A DNA stretch of 64,000 nt from an uncultured Gammaproteobacteria bacterium (GCA_964582475.1 CAZOQS010000004.1:63489-127488), one strand, 5' to 3'; positions 17,636 through 25,379 are shown, counted from the first letter of the stretch. A program made the numbers and translations. Notes: generated by a model not told the origin, from the sequence alone.

Positions 17636-17741
17636 CGCTGATCGACTACCGGAACAATCAACCCACCTCTCCGGCCCTCGGCTGGAACGATGACGCACCT
17701 CTCGCTTCCGTTCCAACGAGGGCCGCGTCATATTCAAATAC

Positions 17742-17777
17742 AAAACTCCCAGCGAGGGTTGAGCTCGCTGGGAGTTT
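17742..17777. terminator. Bidirectional intrinsic terminator between cdsA and rplK
   Basis: 13-bp stem AACTCCCAGCGAG / CTCGCTGGGAGTT with a 7-nt loop, flanked by A- and T-runs. Confidence 0.75.
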
Positions 17778-17791
17778 GTTCGTTGTGATTC

Positions 17792-18214
17792 TTAGATCAC
17801 GTCGACGCCCATGTTCTTGGCTGTGCCTTCGATCTGGCGCATTGCCGCTTCGATCGTGGTGCAGTTCAAGTCAGGCATTTTCTTTTCGGCAATTTCCCGG
17901 ACCTGGGCTTTTGTGATCTTTCCAACCTTCTCCGTGAGCGGTTTAGCCGATCCCTTAGCGATCTTAGCCGCTTTTTTGACGAGCTCCGAAGCCGGAGGCG
18001 TCTTCAGGATGAAGGTGTAGGAACGATCTTCGTAGAGGGTGATAATCGCTGGAACAACTTCGCCGAGACGATCTTGCGTTGCCGCGTTGATCTTCTGACA
18101 AAATTCAGCGATGTTCATTCCGTGCTGACCAAGGGCCGGACCAAGTGGTGGAGCTGGAGTCGCCTTGCCACCCATGACCTGGACCTTGATAAGTGCTTTG
18201 ACTTTCTTGGCCAT
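17792..18214 (-). CDS. rplK: 50S ribosomal protein L11
   Basis: [35 protein letters not shown]... canonical L11. Confidence 0.97.
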   Translation of the reverse strand: MAKKVKALIKVQVMGGKATPAPPLGPALGQHGMNIAEFCQKINAATQDRLGEVVPAIITLYEDRSYTFILKTPPASELVKKAAKIAKGSAKPLTEKVGKITKAQVREIAEKKMPDLNCTTIEAAMRQIEGTAKNMGVDVI

Positions 18215-18267
18215 AATGAGAGAAATAATCCGTTATAAGCGCCTGGATGGGGCGAGAAGCGTCCCTA

Positions 18268-18816
18268 TTAAATCTTTTTTACCTGGGTGAAGTCAAGTTC
18301 GAGCGGTGTCTCACGGCCGAACATGCTCACCAAGACCTTCACTTTGCCACGCGAACCGTCGATGCCGATCACCTTGCCTTCGAAGCCTTTGAACGGACCT
18401 TCGCCGATACGAACAGCCATTCCTTCCTGCAAATCGATCGTGATTTCTGGATCTTGGCTGGAGCCCATGCGCTTCAAGATGGAAGCGACCTCTTCGGCGG
18501 CGAGGGGGCTTGGTGTTGTTCCCATGCCGATGAACTGGGTGACGTTTGGCGTGTTGCGTACAACATACCAAGAGTCATCCGTCACAGTCATTTCGACCAA
18601 CACATACCCCGGCAAGATCTTTTCTTCGACGACGCGGCGCTTTCCGTTCTTGATTTTGATCTTCTTTTCCTTTGGAACAACCACATTGAAGATCTTTTCC
18701 TGCATCCCGAGCGCCTCGAGACGCTGCTTCAAGTTGTTCATCACATTCTCCTCGTAGCCCGAGTAGGTGTTGATGGCGTACCAGCGTCGCCCGTACTCCG
18801 CGGTTTGCTTAGGCAT
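18268..18816 (-). CDS. nusG: Transcription termination/antitermination factor NusG
   Basis: NGN domain (RWYAINTYSGYE) and C-terminal KOW motif (GEGPFKGFEGKV). Confidence 0.95.
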   Translation of the reverse strand: MPKQTAEYGRRWYAINTYSGYEENVMNNLKQRLEALGMQEKIFNVVVPKEKKIKIKNGKRRVVEEKILPGYVLVEMTVTDDSWYVVRNTPNVTQFIGMGTTPSPLAAEEVASILKRMGSSQDPEITIDLQEGMAVRIGEGPFKGFEGKVIGIDGSRGKVKVLVSMFGRETPLELDFTQVKKI

Positions 18817-18845
18817 AGAACCTTAGTAGATCAATGAAATGAGCA

Positions 18846-19214
18846 TTAGTTACCGGCGGGAGCCACTGGAGCGGGTGTGTTTGGGGCAACGGGAACCTGT
18901 TCCACTTGGATGTCGGCCGCACCCCCGTCTGGATTGGTGGCTTCGATTTCAATTGGGCTGACGTCCACGGCACCTGGAGCCTGCTGGATCGGCGTTGCAG
19001 CGTTTTGAGTCGTTCCGGTCTTTGAGGTGATGATCGCTTGGATCCCCGCATTGATGACGAAATCGAGGGCGCTGAAGAAGATTCCGAAAACGATGACGGT
19101 CGCGATGACGAGACCGGTGTAACGGATGATATCTTCACGGCTTGGCCACGCGACGGCGAGCAGTTCTTCTTTTGAGGCACGGAAATAGTTGCGGCTGCGA
19201 TCAATGAGGTTCAT
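18846..19214 (-). CDS. secE: Preprotein translocase subunit SecE with a C-terminal Pro/Ala-rich extension
   Basis: RNYFRASKEELLAVAWPSREDIIRYTGLVIATVIVFGIFF (SecE TM segment). Position upstream of nusG. Confidence 0.85.
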   Translation of the reverse strand: MNLIDRSRNYFRASKEELLAVAWPSREDIIRYTGLVIATVIVFGIFFSALDFVINAGIQAIITSKTGTTQNAATPIQQAPGAVDVSPIEIEATNPDGGAADIQVEQVPVAPNTPAPVAPAGN

Positions 19215-19314
19215 AGAGGGGCTAGATCTTTAAAAAGCCCTTTTGGGGCCGTTTGCGCCTATTATACAGGAAAAGTTGATTTTGGCAATGGCTTTGCGTT
19301 ATCCTTTTCTGCGC

Positions 19315-19391
19315 CGGGGTATAGCTCAGTTGGCCAGAGCGCCTGCATGGGGTGCAGGAGGCCGCAGGTTCAAGTCCTGTTACCCCGACCA
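19315..19391 (+). tRNA. tRNA-Pro (anticodon GGG), CCA encoded
   Basis: CGGGGTA-TA-GCTCAGTTGGCCAGAGC-G-CCTGC-ATGGGGT-GCAGG-AGGCC-GCAGGTTCAAGTCCTGT-TACCCCG-A-CCA. Perfect acceptor stem. Confidence 0.9.
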
Positions 19392-20944
19392 TCAAGGAAA
19401 TCTCCTTGCAAGAGGAAGTCGCTGAACGGCTGTAATAGGCTAATGTCAGCGACTTTTTCGTTATCCACGACGAAGTTCGAGAACATCAAACGGATCACTT
19501 GGTCGCGGTATGCTAAATCGTCCGTGTTTTGCAGCGTTTGCCCAATGTTTCCAAACAGTTCGAGAAAGGTCTCATACGTCATCGGCGCGTCCTTGGATTT
19601 GGCGATCAGCTCCTCTGTTTCTTTGATTGTTTTTTCAATGTCGGCTTTGTCCGCCTTCACTTTTTCCATGTCGCCCTTGAAATGCTCGGTGAGCATATCG
19701 TCGTTTTTGAGCATGATACCTTTGACGCGCTCCATGGTTTTCTCGTTTTCCGTATGTGCCCTATGAAGGGATTTGAGACGGCTTTCCAGCTCCTCACGGT
19801 GCTGAATGCTCTCGATGGCGACGGTACGGCAAAATCGGTCGTAGTTCGAGCGTGTAGCGAAGACATGGGTTTCGAGGAAGTCGAGGACGTAACGCATAAC
19901 GACACGGGCGCGCAGGTTCCGTTTTGGCCTCTCACACGTTTTTGTTTCGCAACGGTAGTAGTAGATGCCCGTCGTGCCGTTCGCCTTTTTCGGCTTGGTC
20001 GTGATACCTGATCCCATGGGTCGTTTGCAGTACGAACAAATAACCATGCCTCGTAGGAAGTCTGCTTTCGCGCCCTTTCGCTTTTTCGTCGGCTTCACCA
20101 TTTTGAACGCCGCCCCAATGTCGGAGAGAGCGTTGATTTTGAGAAACGCATCAACGGACACGGCTGGCACGAAGTCGTAGGCTTCGGTGAAATCAACGAT
20201 CGTGCCGCCATGCATAAGTACGCCCGCATAGATGGGATCATGAAGTATGTTGGCGACTTTGTTGATCGTCATGTGATATGGCTTGCGAACTTCTCCCTCG
20301 GTGGGAGCGCGGGTATAGCGAGACTTGTTCAAAAACTCGGCTACTTCTTCCTGCGTCTTTCCTTCGGCGCGAAGCTCAAACGCACGCTTCACCATGACCC
20401 AATACTCCCCATCAGGACGAAGGTGATCGTTTGGGTCTTTGTAGTAGCCATGTTTAGCGATGTGGATGTACTTGCCCTCCTCCAAGGCTCTACGTTGCCC
20501 GCGTTGCACAACTTCGCTCAAATGGTCGCTGTATTGCTTGGAGAGGACGAAACTGATGCCAAGAAGCATTTTGCCCATCGGGGTATCCTCGAAACTAAAC
20601 GTGGCAAAAGAAAGGTTTTTGATGATCTTTTTATCGAGTAAGTCGATGATCTTGCCCGCGTCGGCCATGTTGCGGGCGAGACGGTCAGGGTGCCATGTGA
20701 GAATGGCGTCGTACTTGCCGAGCTTGATGGCTTCGATCATCTTTTTGAACTTGTCGCGTATGTCAGGCTCTTTTGCACTTTCCTGTTCCTCGACCACTGT
20801 GATGTGACTTTCAGGGATACCAAGACGCTTCGCCGCATCAAAACAGTCGAGTTTTTGGTCGGGAATGGAGCGTTCTTGCCTCTCGTCCGAGGTCGTTGAC
20901 TTGCGCACGTACATGACAAAACGGAGCTTGGTGATGTCTATCAT
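19370..20944 (-). CDS. Large serine recombinase (resolvase/invertase N-domain + recombinase domain + zinc ribbon + coiled coil)
   Basis: Catalytic-Ser region FVMYVRKSTTSDERQERSIPDQ, followed by DRLARN. Cys cluster CSYCKRPMG...YYRCETKTC. Start set at the ATG at 20944, which is preceded by GAGGAGG with a 5-nt spacer; the ORF is open up to 21088. The stop lies inside the tRNA-Pro 3' end. Confidence 0.85.
   Translation of the reverse strand: MIDITKLRFVMYVRKSTTSDERQERSIPDQKLDCFDAAKRLGIPESHITVVEEQESAKEPDIRDKFKKMIEAIKLGKYDAILTWHPDRLARNMADAGKIIDLLDKKIIKNLSFATFSFEDTPMGKMLLGISFVLSKQYSDHLSEVVQRGQRRALEEGKYIHIAKHGYYKDPNDHLRPDGEYWVMVKRAFELRAEGKTQEEVAEFLNKSRYTRAPTEGEVRKPYHMTINKVANILHDPIYAGVLMHGGTIVDFTEAYDFVPAVSVDAFLKINALSDIGAAFKMVKPTKKRKGAKADFLRGMVICSYCKRPMGSGITTKPKKANGTTGIYYYRCETKTCERPKRNLRARVVMRYVLDFLETHVFATRSNYDRFCRTVAIESIQHREELESRLKSLHRAHTENEKTMERVKGIMLKNDDMLTEHFKGDMEKVKADKADIEKTIKETEELIAKSKDAPMTYETFLELFGNIGQTLQNTDDLAYRDQVIRLMFSNFVVDNEKVADISLLQPFSDFLLQGDFLDGRGNRT
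19416..19459 (+). terminator. Intrinsic terminator downstream of tRNA-Pro(GGG)
   Basis: Stem AAGTCGCTGA / TCAGCGACTT with a 20-nt loop, followed by TTTT. Lies inside the 3' end of the recombinase reading frame on the other strand. Confidence 0.6.
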
Positions 20945-21110
20945 TTTCGCCTCCTCGGGCTTATGGAAGGCTATGAGGGCTTCGTATAGGTCTTTTGAGG
21001 TGTGCATACGGGGCTCATTGTAGCGGAAAAGGCTGATTTTGTGAGTTGGCGGCTTTTGCTGTAACGTGGCTAATGGGTTGTCCTGCAAAGGTATTATCCA
21101 AAATCTACAT

Positions 21111-21761
21111 ATGAAGTCTTTTTCGAAAATAAACGCACCAGAGATCTATGCGGTTCCGATTCAAGAGAACGGGGAGCCTCTTGTAGACCTTTTGATAGAT
21201 TGTCCCGACATTTTCGTCGATCAAACGCGGCAATACGCACAAGACGTTTCAAAGTCCATTTCATGCGTTCGCAAGCAAGTTGCCGAGCGGTTGAAACAGG
21301 CGGCCGCTCAACTTCCTGCGGGGATTCGTTTCAAGATCGTTGAAGGTCATCGCTCATTAGGGGCGCAACGCCATATCTTCGCCGAAGTGATGGACGACGT
21401 TAGAAAAGACCATCCGAGCTGGAACGAACAAGAGATTTACGATGAAACATCGACTTTTGTTGCTCCACCCGATAACACGCCCCCACATTCAACAGGAGGA
21501 GCCGTTGATCTCACTTTGATGGCAGTGGATGGCACAGAACTCGACATGGGGGCAGATCTCAACGATGGATACTCGGGCATTTGTTATACGTTTTCGGAAT
21601 CAATCTCGGAAGAGGCGAAAAAGAACCGCCAGATCCTCATTCAGGCGATGCAAGGCGCGGGTTTTGCCAACTATCCTGCGGAATGGTGGCACTGGTCTTA
21701 CGGTGATCGCTACTGGGCATTCATGACGGGTGCATCCGTTGCTATTTACGGTTCAATGTGA
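21111..21761 (+). CDS. D-alanyl-D-alanine dipeptidase (VanX/DdpX-like, peptidase M15D)
   Basis: Motifs EGHRSLGAQ, PPHSTGGAVDLTL and AEWWHWSYGD match the VanX zinc/catalytic arrangement. ATG at 21111. Confidence 0.8.
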   Translation: MKSFSKINAPEIYAVPIQENGEPLVDLLIDCPDIFVDQTRQYAQDVSKSISCVRKQVAERLKQAAAQLPAGIRFKIVEGHRSLGAQRHIFAEVMDDVRKDHPSWNEQEIYDETSTFVAPPDNTPPHSTGGAVDLTLMAVDGTELDMGADLNDGYSGICYTFSESISEEAKKNRQILIQAMQGAGFANYPAEWWHWSYGDRYWAFMTGASVAIYGSM

Positions 21762-21787
21762 TAAGGAAGTCGCACAGGAGGTAGGTG

Positions 21788-22348
21788 ATGCAAGGTGTCT
21801 ATCGTCGTCCGTTTCCATTCACTCGGCGTGAGTTTCCGTTCTTCTTCTGGTCGCGCATCGAGCCCAACTCGGTCGCGCATGTGGGGCGTGACAAACACGC
21901 CGTCGACTTCCTCGTTCCCGAGGGGACGCCCGTCTGCGCTCCGCGTGATGGTGTCGTGACCGAGGTCAAGGACGGTTCAGATCGTGGAGGGGCTGATCGA
22001 GCCTTCGAACATGACGCCAACTACATCGTGATCGACCACACGAGCGCGACGTTCAAGGTGATGGGCTACTCGCGGCTCGCGTGGAGCGATGAAGAGCTGG
22101 GAGGAGGCCACAACCCCGTCATCGACGAGGACGAGGGTCAACGCTCGATCATCATCCACCTCGCCAAGGACAGTGCCCGCGTGAAGGTAGGCGACCACGT
22201 TCGAGCGGGTCAGATCATCGCCATGCAAGGGTCTACTGGCTGGACGTACGCGCCACACATCCACTTCGCCGTGTACCAGAACGGCACCAGCGTTCCGATT
22301 CACTTCCGTTCATCCGTGGAAGTGGTCGGGGATCTGCTGATCCAGTAA
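21788..22348 (+). CDS. M23-family metallopeptidase (high-GC)
   Basis: HxxxD motif (HAVDFLVPEGTPVCAPRDG) and HxH motif (APHIHFAVY). AGGAGG at 21776-21781, 6 nt before the ATG. 41/60 G+C in row 21901-21960. Confidence 0.8.
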   Translation: MQGVYRRPFPFTRREFPFFFWSRIEPNSVAHVGRDKHAVDFLVPEGTPVCAPRDGVVTEVKDGSDRGGADRAFEHDANYIVIDHTSATFKVMGYSRLAWSDEELGGGHNPVIDEDEGQRSIIIHLAKDSARVKVGDHVRAGQIIAMQGSTGWTYAPHIHFAVYQNGTSVPIHFRSSVEVVGDLLIQ

Positions 22349-22401
22349 TCAAATACACAGAAGCCCGCGTCACATGACGCCCCGCCTGCTTCTGTGCAAC
22401 T

Positions 22402-22440
22402 CCCCGCAACGCGAACTCGCTTGTGGGGTTCGTCGTTTTT
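22402..22440 (+). terminator. Possible terminator after the M23 gene
   Basis: CCCCGCAA ... TTGTGGGG stem followed by TTCGTCGTTTTT. Confidence 0.4.
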
Positions 22441-22556
22441 ATAAGGCTTATTGTAGCGGATAAAGAAACAAAGCAAGTTGAGGCTTATCAATCACAAGAC
22501 TGGGATAGAACTCGTGGATCGGTAAAGAAACGGAAAACAAAAGGTCAACTTTTTTT

Positions 22557-22961
22557 CTACACCTCGCACGTTCCCTGTACCGCGATGTCAAAATCCGCCA
22601 CGTCTCGCGTGTACTCGAACACAAGCGGTTTTCGTTCCCGTCGTACCTCCTCCAAAACCTTGAAGAGCAGTCCATAGAGCTTGTCAGTCGGTACATCGAA
22701 GATGGAGCGGCTTTCGAGTTCTTTTTCTATGGATTCAAGCCGTCGTGAAAGGATGTGAAGCTCATGTTCTTGGGTCAGGCGGTACTTCTCCCGTAGTGCC
22801 TCGTCGTGAATCGCGCGTAGGTTGCGTATCTGTTCAGCCAATTCTCGGCTCCATAGCATGAGAGTAGGCTTGGAGACGTTGATCTCTTCGCTGATACTCG
22901 AAAAGCTCTTGCCTTGGCTACGCAATTCAACGAACCGATCCTTGCAGGCAGCATCTTTCAT
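22557..22961 (-). CDS. Small helix-turn-helix protein (phage/element regulatory or terminase-small-like)
   Basis: N-terminal HTH RSQGKSFSSISEEINVSKPTLMLWSRE followed by a coiled-coil-like region. Confidence 0.55.
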   Translation of the reverse strand: MKDAACKDRFVELRSQGKSFSSISEEINVSKPTLMLWSRELAEQIRNLRAIHDEALREKYRLTQEHELHILSRRLESIEKELESRSIFDVPTDKLYGLLFKVLEEVRRERKPLVFEYTRDVADFDIAVQGTCEV

Positions 22962-23482
22962 AGGGGTACACGCTCACCGTTCAAGACCTTCTCTCATGGA
23001 GAGGGTTTTGTTTAGTTGCGCGGGTTTTTCTCGCCAAGTTCGATCCGTTCACCGCTTGGAAGACGGACGATCATGGGATCGCTCCCACCCGAAGAAGACT
23101 GGGGCGTTGAGGGCGGAGGCGTTGGCTTGCTCTGCAATGCGCCTGCGAGGTCGCTTTGATTGTCTTTGGTTGGCATAGGTTTGCCCTTATTCTACGCGCT
23201 CATAACGAAATAGCAAAGGCAGTAGCGACGGACTTCCATGCGGTCAAGGCTTGGAGCTTCTCATTCGTTTTGAGATACGTGTCGATGAGGGCGATGATGT
23301 CGTAGGTGAGTTCAAGAGAGGTCTTTGAACCCCGACCAGCGAGAACGCCGCCCATCTAGGGCGGTTTTTCGTTGACAGAGGGGGAGATTTGGAAGAGATT
23401 GAGAGGTCCATCTAAAGGGTGGCCCCGGTGACTAGGTTGGTCATGCGGTCCTACGGATCAGCGGAGAGGAGTTGAGTATCCA

Positions 23483-23947
23483 ATGAAGTACGTCGTCTTC
23501 GTTCGTCACGGGTCCTACAGCGAGAACACGGGGAGACTGAATGGGTGTGGGGTTGAACAGATGCGGCTGCTAGCCGAGAAGCTGAGACTTCTCTCGTCTG
23601 ATAGCGGACGATTCCGCCTGATCTGTTCGATTGCGCCTCGCGCGGTCGATAGCGCTCTCGAGCTCTTTGATGCCCTCAAGCTGGACGGGTTCGAGGCGCA
23701 CGGGCTCCTGTGGTCCGATAATCGGCACCAGCAGAGGGATGATGCGGCGCTCGAACTCATCAGGCACCGCGGTGAGGGGGCGGATTCACTGATCGTGGTA
23801 TCGCACCTTGATTACGTCCGCGATCTCCCGCCTAAGTTCGCCAAGCGCACGCTCGGCCAGACGATCGAGACGATCGAGCTCTCGAAGGGGCAGGCGCGGC
23901 TGATCGACTGTCGTGCCGCTCGCCCGACCGATCTGATCCTTTCCTGA
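23483..23947 (+). CDS. Histidine phosphatase family protein (SixA-like), high-GC
   Basis: RHG motif (VFVRHGSY) and a second His (VVSHLDYV). GGAGAGGAG at 23463-23471. 38/60 G+C in row 23641-23700. Confidence 0.7.
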   Translation: MKYVVFVRHGSYSENTGRLNGCGVEQMRLLAEKLRLLSSDSGRFRLICSIAPRAVDSALELFDALKLDGFEAHGLLWSDNRHQQRDDAALELIRHRGEGADSLIVVSHLDYVRDLPPKFAKRTLGQTIETIELSKGQARLIDCRAARPTDLILS

Positions 23948-24038
23948 AGGATGGGTGTTGCAGTCAACTGAACCGTGAGGCGGGAACTCCCGCCCCAAGT
24001 CCCCACGGGCAACCCTGCGTCCGTGGGGTTTGCTAGTT

Positions 24039-24104
24039 AAGTGGGGTATAATTTTTACGTTATCCCCATGTTTTCTTGTGCTTCTAGTGGGGTATACGTA
24101 TAAT
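24039..24104 (+). promoter_or_regulatory. Tandem candidate promoters upstream of hup
   Basis: Repeated AGTGGGGTATA (24040-24050 and 24086-24096). Perfect TATAAT boxes at 24047-24052 and 24099-24104. Confidence 0.45.
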
Positions 24105-24157
24105 TCCCTTGCATTTACTTATTCTTTTCGTGTTTTTTCGCACATCTCTGTATGAAA

Positions 24158-24430
24158 ATGACAAAATCGCAGCTCATGAAGGAATTGTCGGCCAAGACGG
24201 ATCTTCAGAAGAAGGACGTTGTTGCCTTCATGGAACAGCTCGTCAAAATCGCTTACACACAGGTCAAAAAGAACGGAGAATTTGTTCTTCCAGGTTTTGG
24301 CAAGTTGGTGAAGCTTGATCGCAAGGCACGCATGGGCCGCAACCCAGCTACAGGCGAATCGATCAAGATCCCAGCGAAAAAAGTTGTGAAATTCCGCGTT
24401 GCAAAAGTTGCGAAGGAAGCAATTTTGTAA
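24158..24430 (+). CDS. hup: DNA-binding protein HU/IHF family
   Basis: MTKSQLMKELSAKTDL...GFGKLVKLDRKARMGRNPATGESIKIPAKKVVKFR is the canonical HU fold sequence. An alternative ATG exists at 24152. Confidence 0.93.
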   Translation: MTKSQLMKELSAKTDLQKKDVVAFMEQLVKIAYTQVKKNGEFVLPGFGKLVKLDRKARMGRNPATGESIKIPAKKVVKFRVAKVAKEAIL

Positions 24431-24490
24431 TTAGTTATTTTGCTGAAAAAGGAGATGGGAAACCATCTCCTTTTGTTATATACTGAATAC

Positions 24491-25303
24491 ATGCCCAAGA
24501 AACGCTCTGTCGCTCCTTCTTCATCTGCCGTAACGCCTTCCAAACCCAATCCAAATGTCATCTTGGGTGGGCAGACGTGCGAGATCCAAAATCCGCATCA
24601 ACGCATCCAGCAATGGCTGGCACGCCCGCATGCGCCGACTACTGCCTCAACCTCTATTTTTGAAGGGATGGATGGAAGTATGAGCTGGCGCATTTTCCGC
24701 ATCTTATCCGAATTTGTGGAAGGGTTTGATTTTCTCTCAAAGCAATCTAAGACGGTGACGTTCTTTGGAAGCGCTCGCTGTTCCTTTGCGAGCTACGGTT
24801 ACCAACAAGCAAAAAAATTAGGGTATCTCTTGGGAAAAGAGGGTTTTACTATCATTACGGGAGGAGCGCCGGGGGTGATGGAGGCGGGGAACTGGGGTGC
24901 CTACGAGGCTGGCGCGCATTCCGTGGGACTGAACATTCAGTTACCGCATGAGGAGCGGAAGAACCAATACGTAAAAGAAAGTATTGCATTCCAACATTTC
25001 TTTACACGCAAGGTGATGTTGTCAGCGGCTGCTCAGGCCTACGTGTATTTTCCGGGAGGGTTTGGAACGCTCGATGAATTGTTCGAAATTGTAACCTTGA
25101 TTCAGACCGGAAAGATTGCGAATAGAGTACCTGTGGTGCTTGTTGGAAAAAAGTTTTGGACGCCAATGTTCGATTGGATCCGTAGCGAAATGTGGGATGA
25201 GAACTTGTTTATCGATAAGCACGATATGGACCTGATGTTTCTGGTGGACTCTGCCGAAGAGGCGTACGAAATTATTTTGGCGGTGAAGCACGAGATGGCG
25301 TAA
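24491..25303 (+). CDS. LOG-family (TIGR00730) nucleotide phosphoribohydrolase
   Basis: Motifs GGAPGVMEA and PGGFGTLDELFE. ATG at 24491. Confidence 0.85.
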   Translation: MPKKRSVAPSSSAVTPSKPNPNVILGGQTCEIQNPHQRIQQWLARPHAPTTASTSIFEGMDGSMSWRIFRILSEFVEGFDFLSKQSKTVTFFGSARCSFASYGYQQAKKLGYLLGKEGFTIITGGAPGVMEAGNWGAYEAGAHSVGLNIQLPHEERKNQYVKESIAFQHFFTRKVMLSAAAQAYVYFPGGFGTLDELFEIVTLIQTGKIANRVPVVLVGKKFWTPMFDWIRSEMWDENLFIDKHDMDLMFLVDSAEEAYEIILAVKHEMA

Positions 25304-25325
25304 TAAGAAAACAACTGCATCTGAG

Positions 25326-25367
25326 AATAAAGAAATACCTCCCCAAATGGGGAGGTATTTCTTTATT
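25326..25367. terminator. Bidirectional intrinsic terminator
   Basis: Perfect 19-bp stem AATAAAGAAATACCTCCCC / GGGGAGGTATTTCTTTATT with loop AAAT, between convergent genes. Confidence 0.8.
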
Positions 25368-25379
25368 CCTTTGATCGAT

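Larger units (their letters stand above)
19392..24035. mobile_element. Putative integrated element or prophage remnant next to tRNA-Pro(GGG); right boundary approximate
   Basis: Serine recombinase abutting and overlapping the tRNA 3' end. Cargo includes peptidoglycan peptidases, a small HTH protein and a histidine phosphatase. GC and SD usage are mosaic. Housekeeping genes resume at hup (24158). Confidence 0.45.

Noticed and set aside
16442-17743. Multiple ORFs overlap cdsA and the rplA leader (16442-17014 minus, 16788-17051, 17124-17570, 17299-17628, 17474-17743).
   Set aside because: This is the same GC-rich artefact. Only the 16748-17635 frame contains the CdsA signature and regular TM helices.
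18215-18267. A possible L1- or L11-binding regulatory leader between nusG and rplK, and in the rplA leader (GGGACUCCG...CGGAGG at about 16575-16600).
   Set aside because: I cannot verify the L1-binding consensus from memory with confidence. The rplA leader hairpin is noted under the promoter feature only. It would need an Rfam covariance-model scan.
21012-22465. A direct repeat flanks the VanX/M23 cassette: GGCTCATTGTAGCGGAAAAG (21012-21031) and GGCTTATTGTAGCGGATAAAG (22445-22465).
   Set aside because: The exact core is only 11 nt. With one mismatch and one indel allowed, a rough estimate gives several such pairs by chance in 64 kb. I keep it only as a weak hint of cassette boundaries and do not call it an att site.
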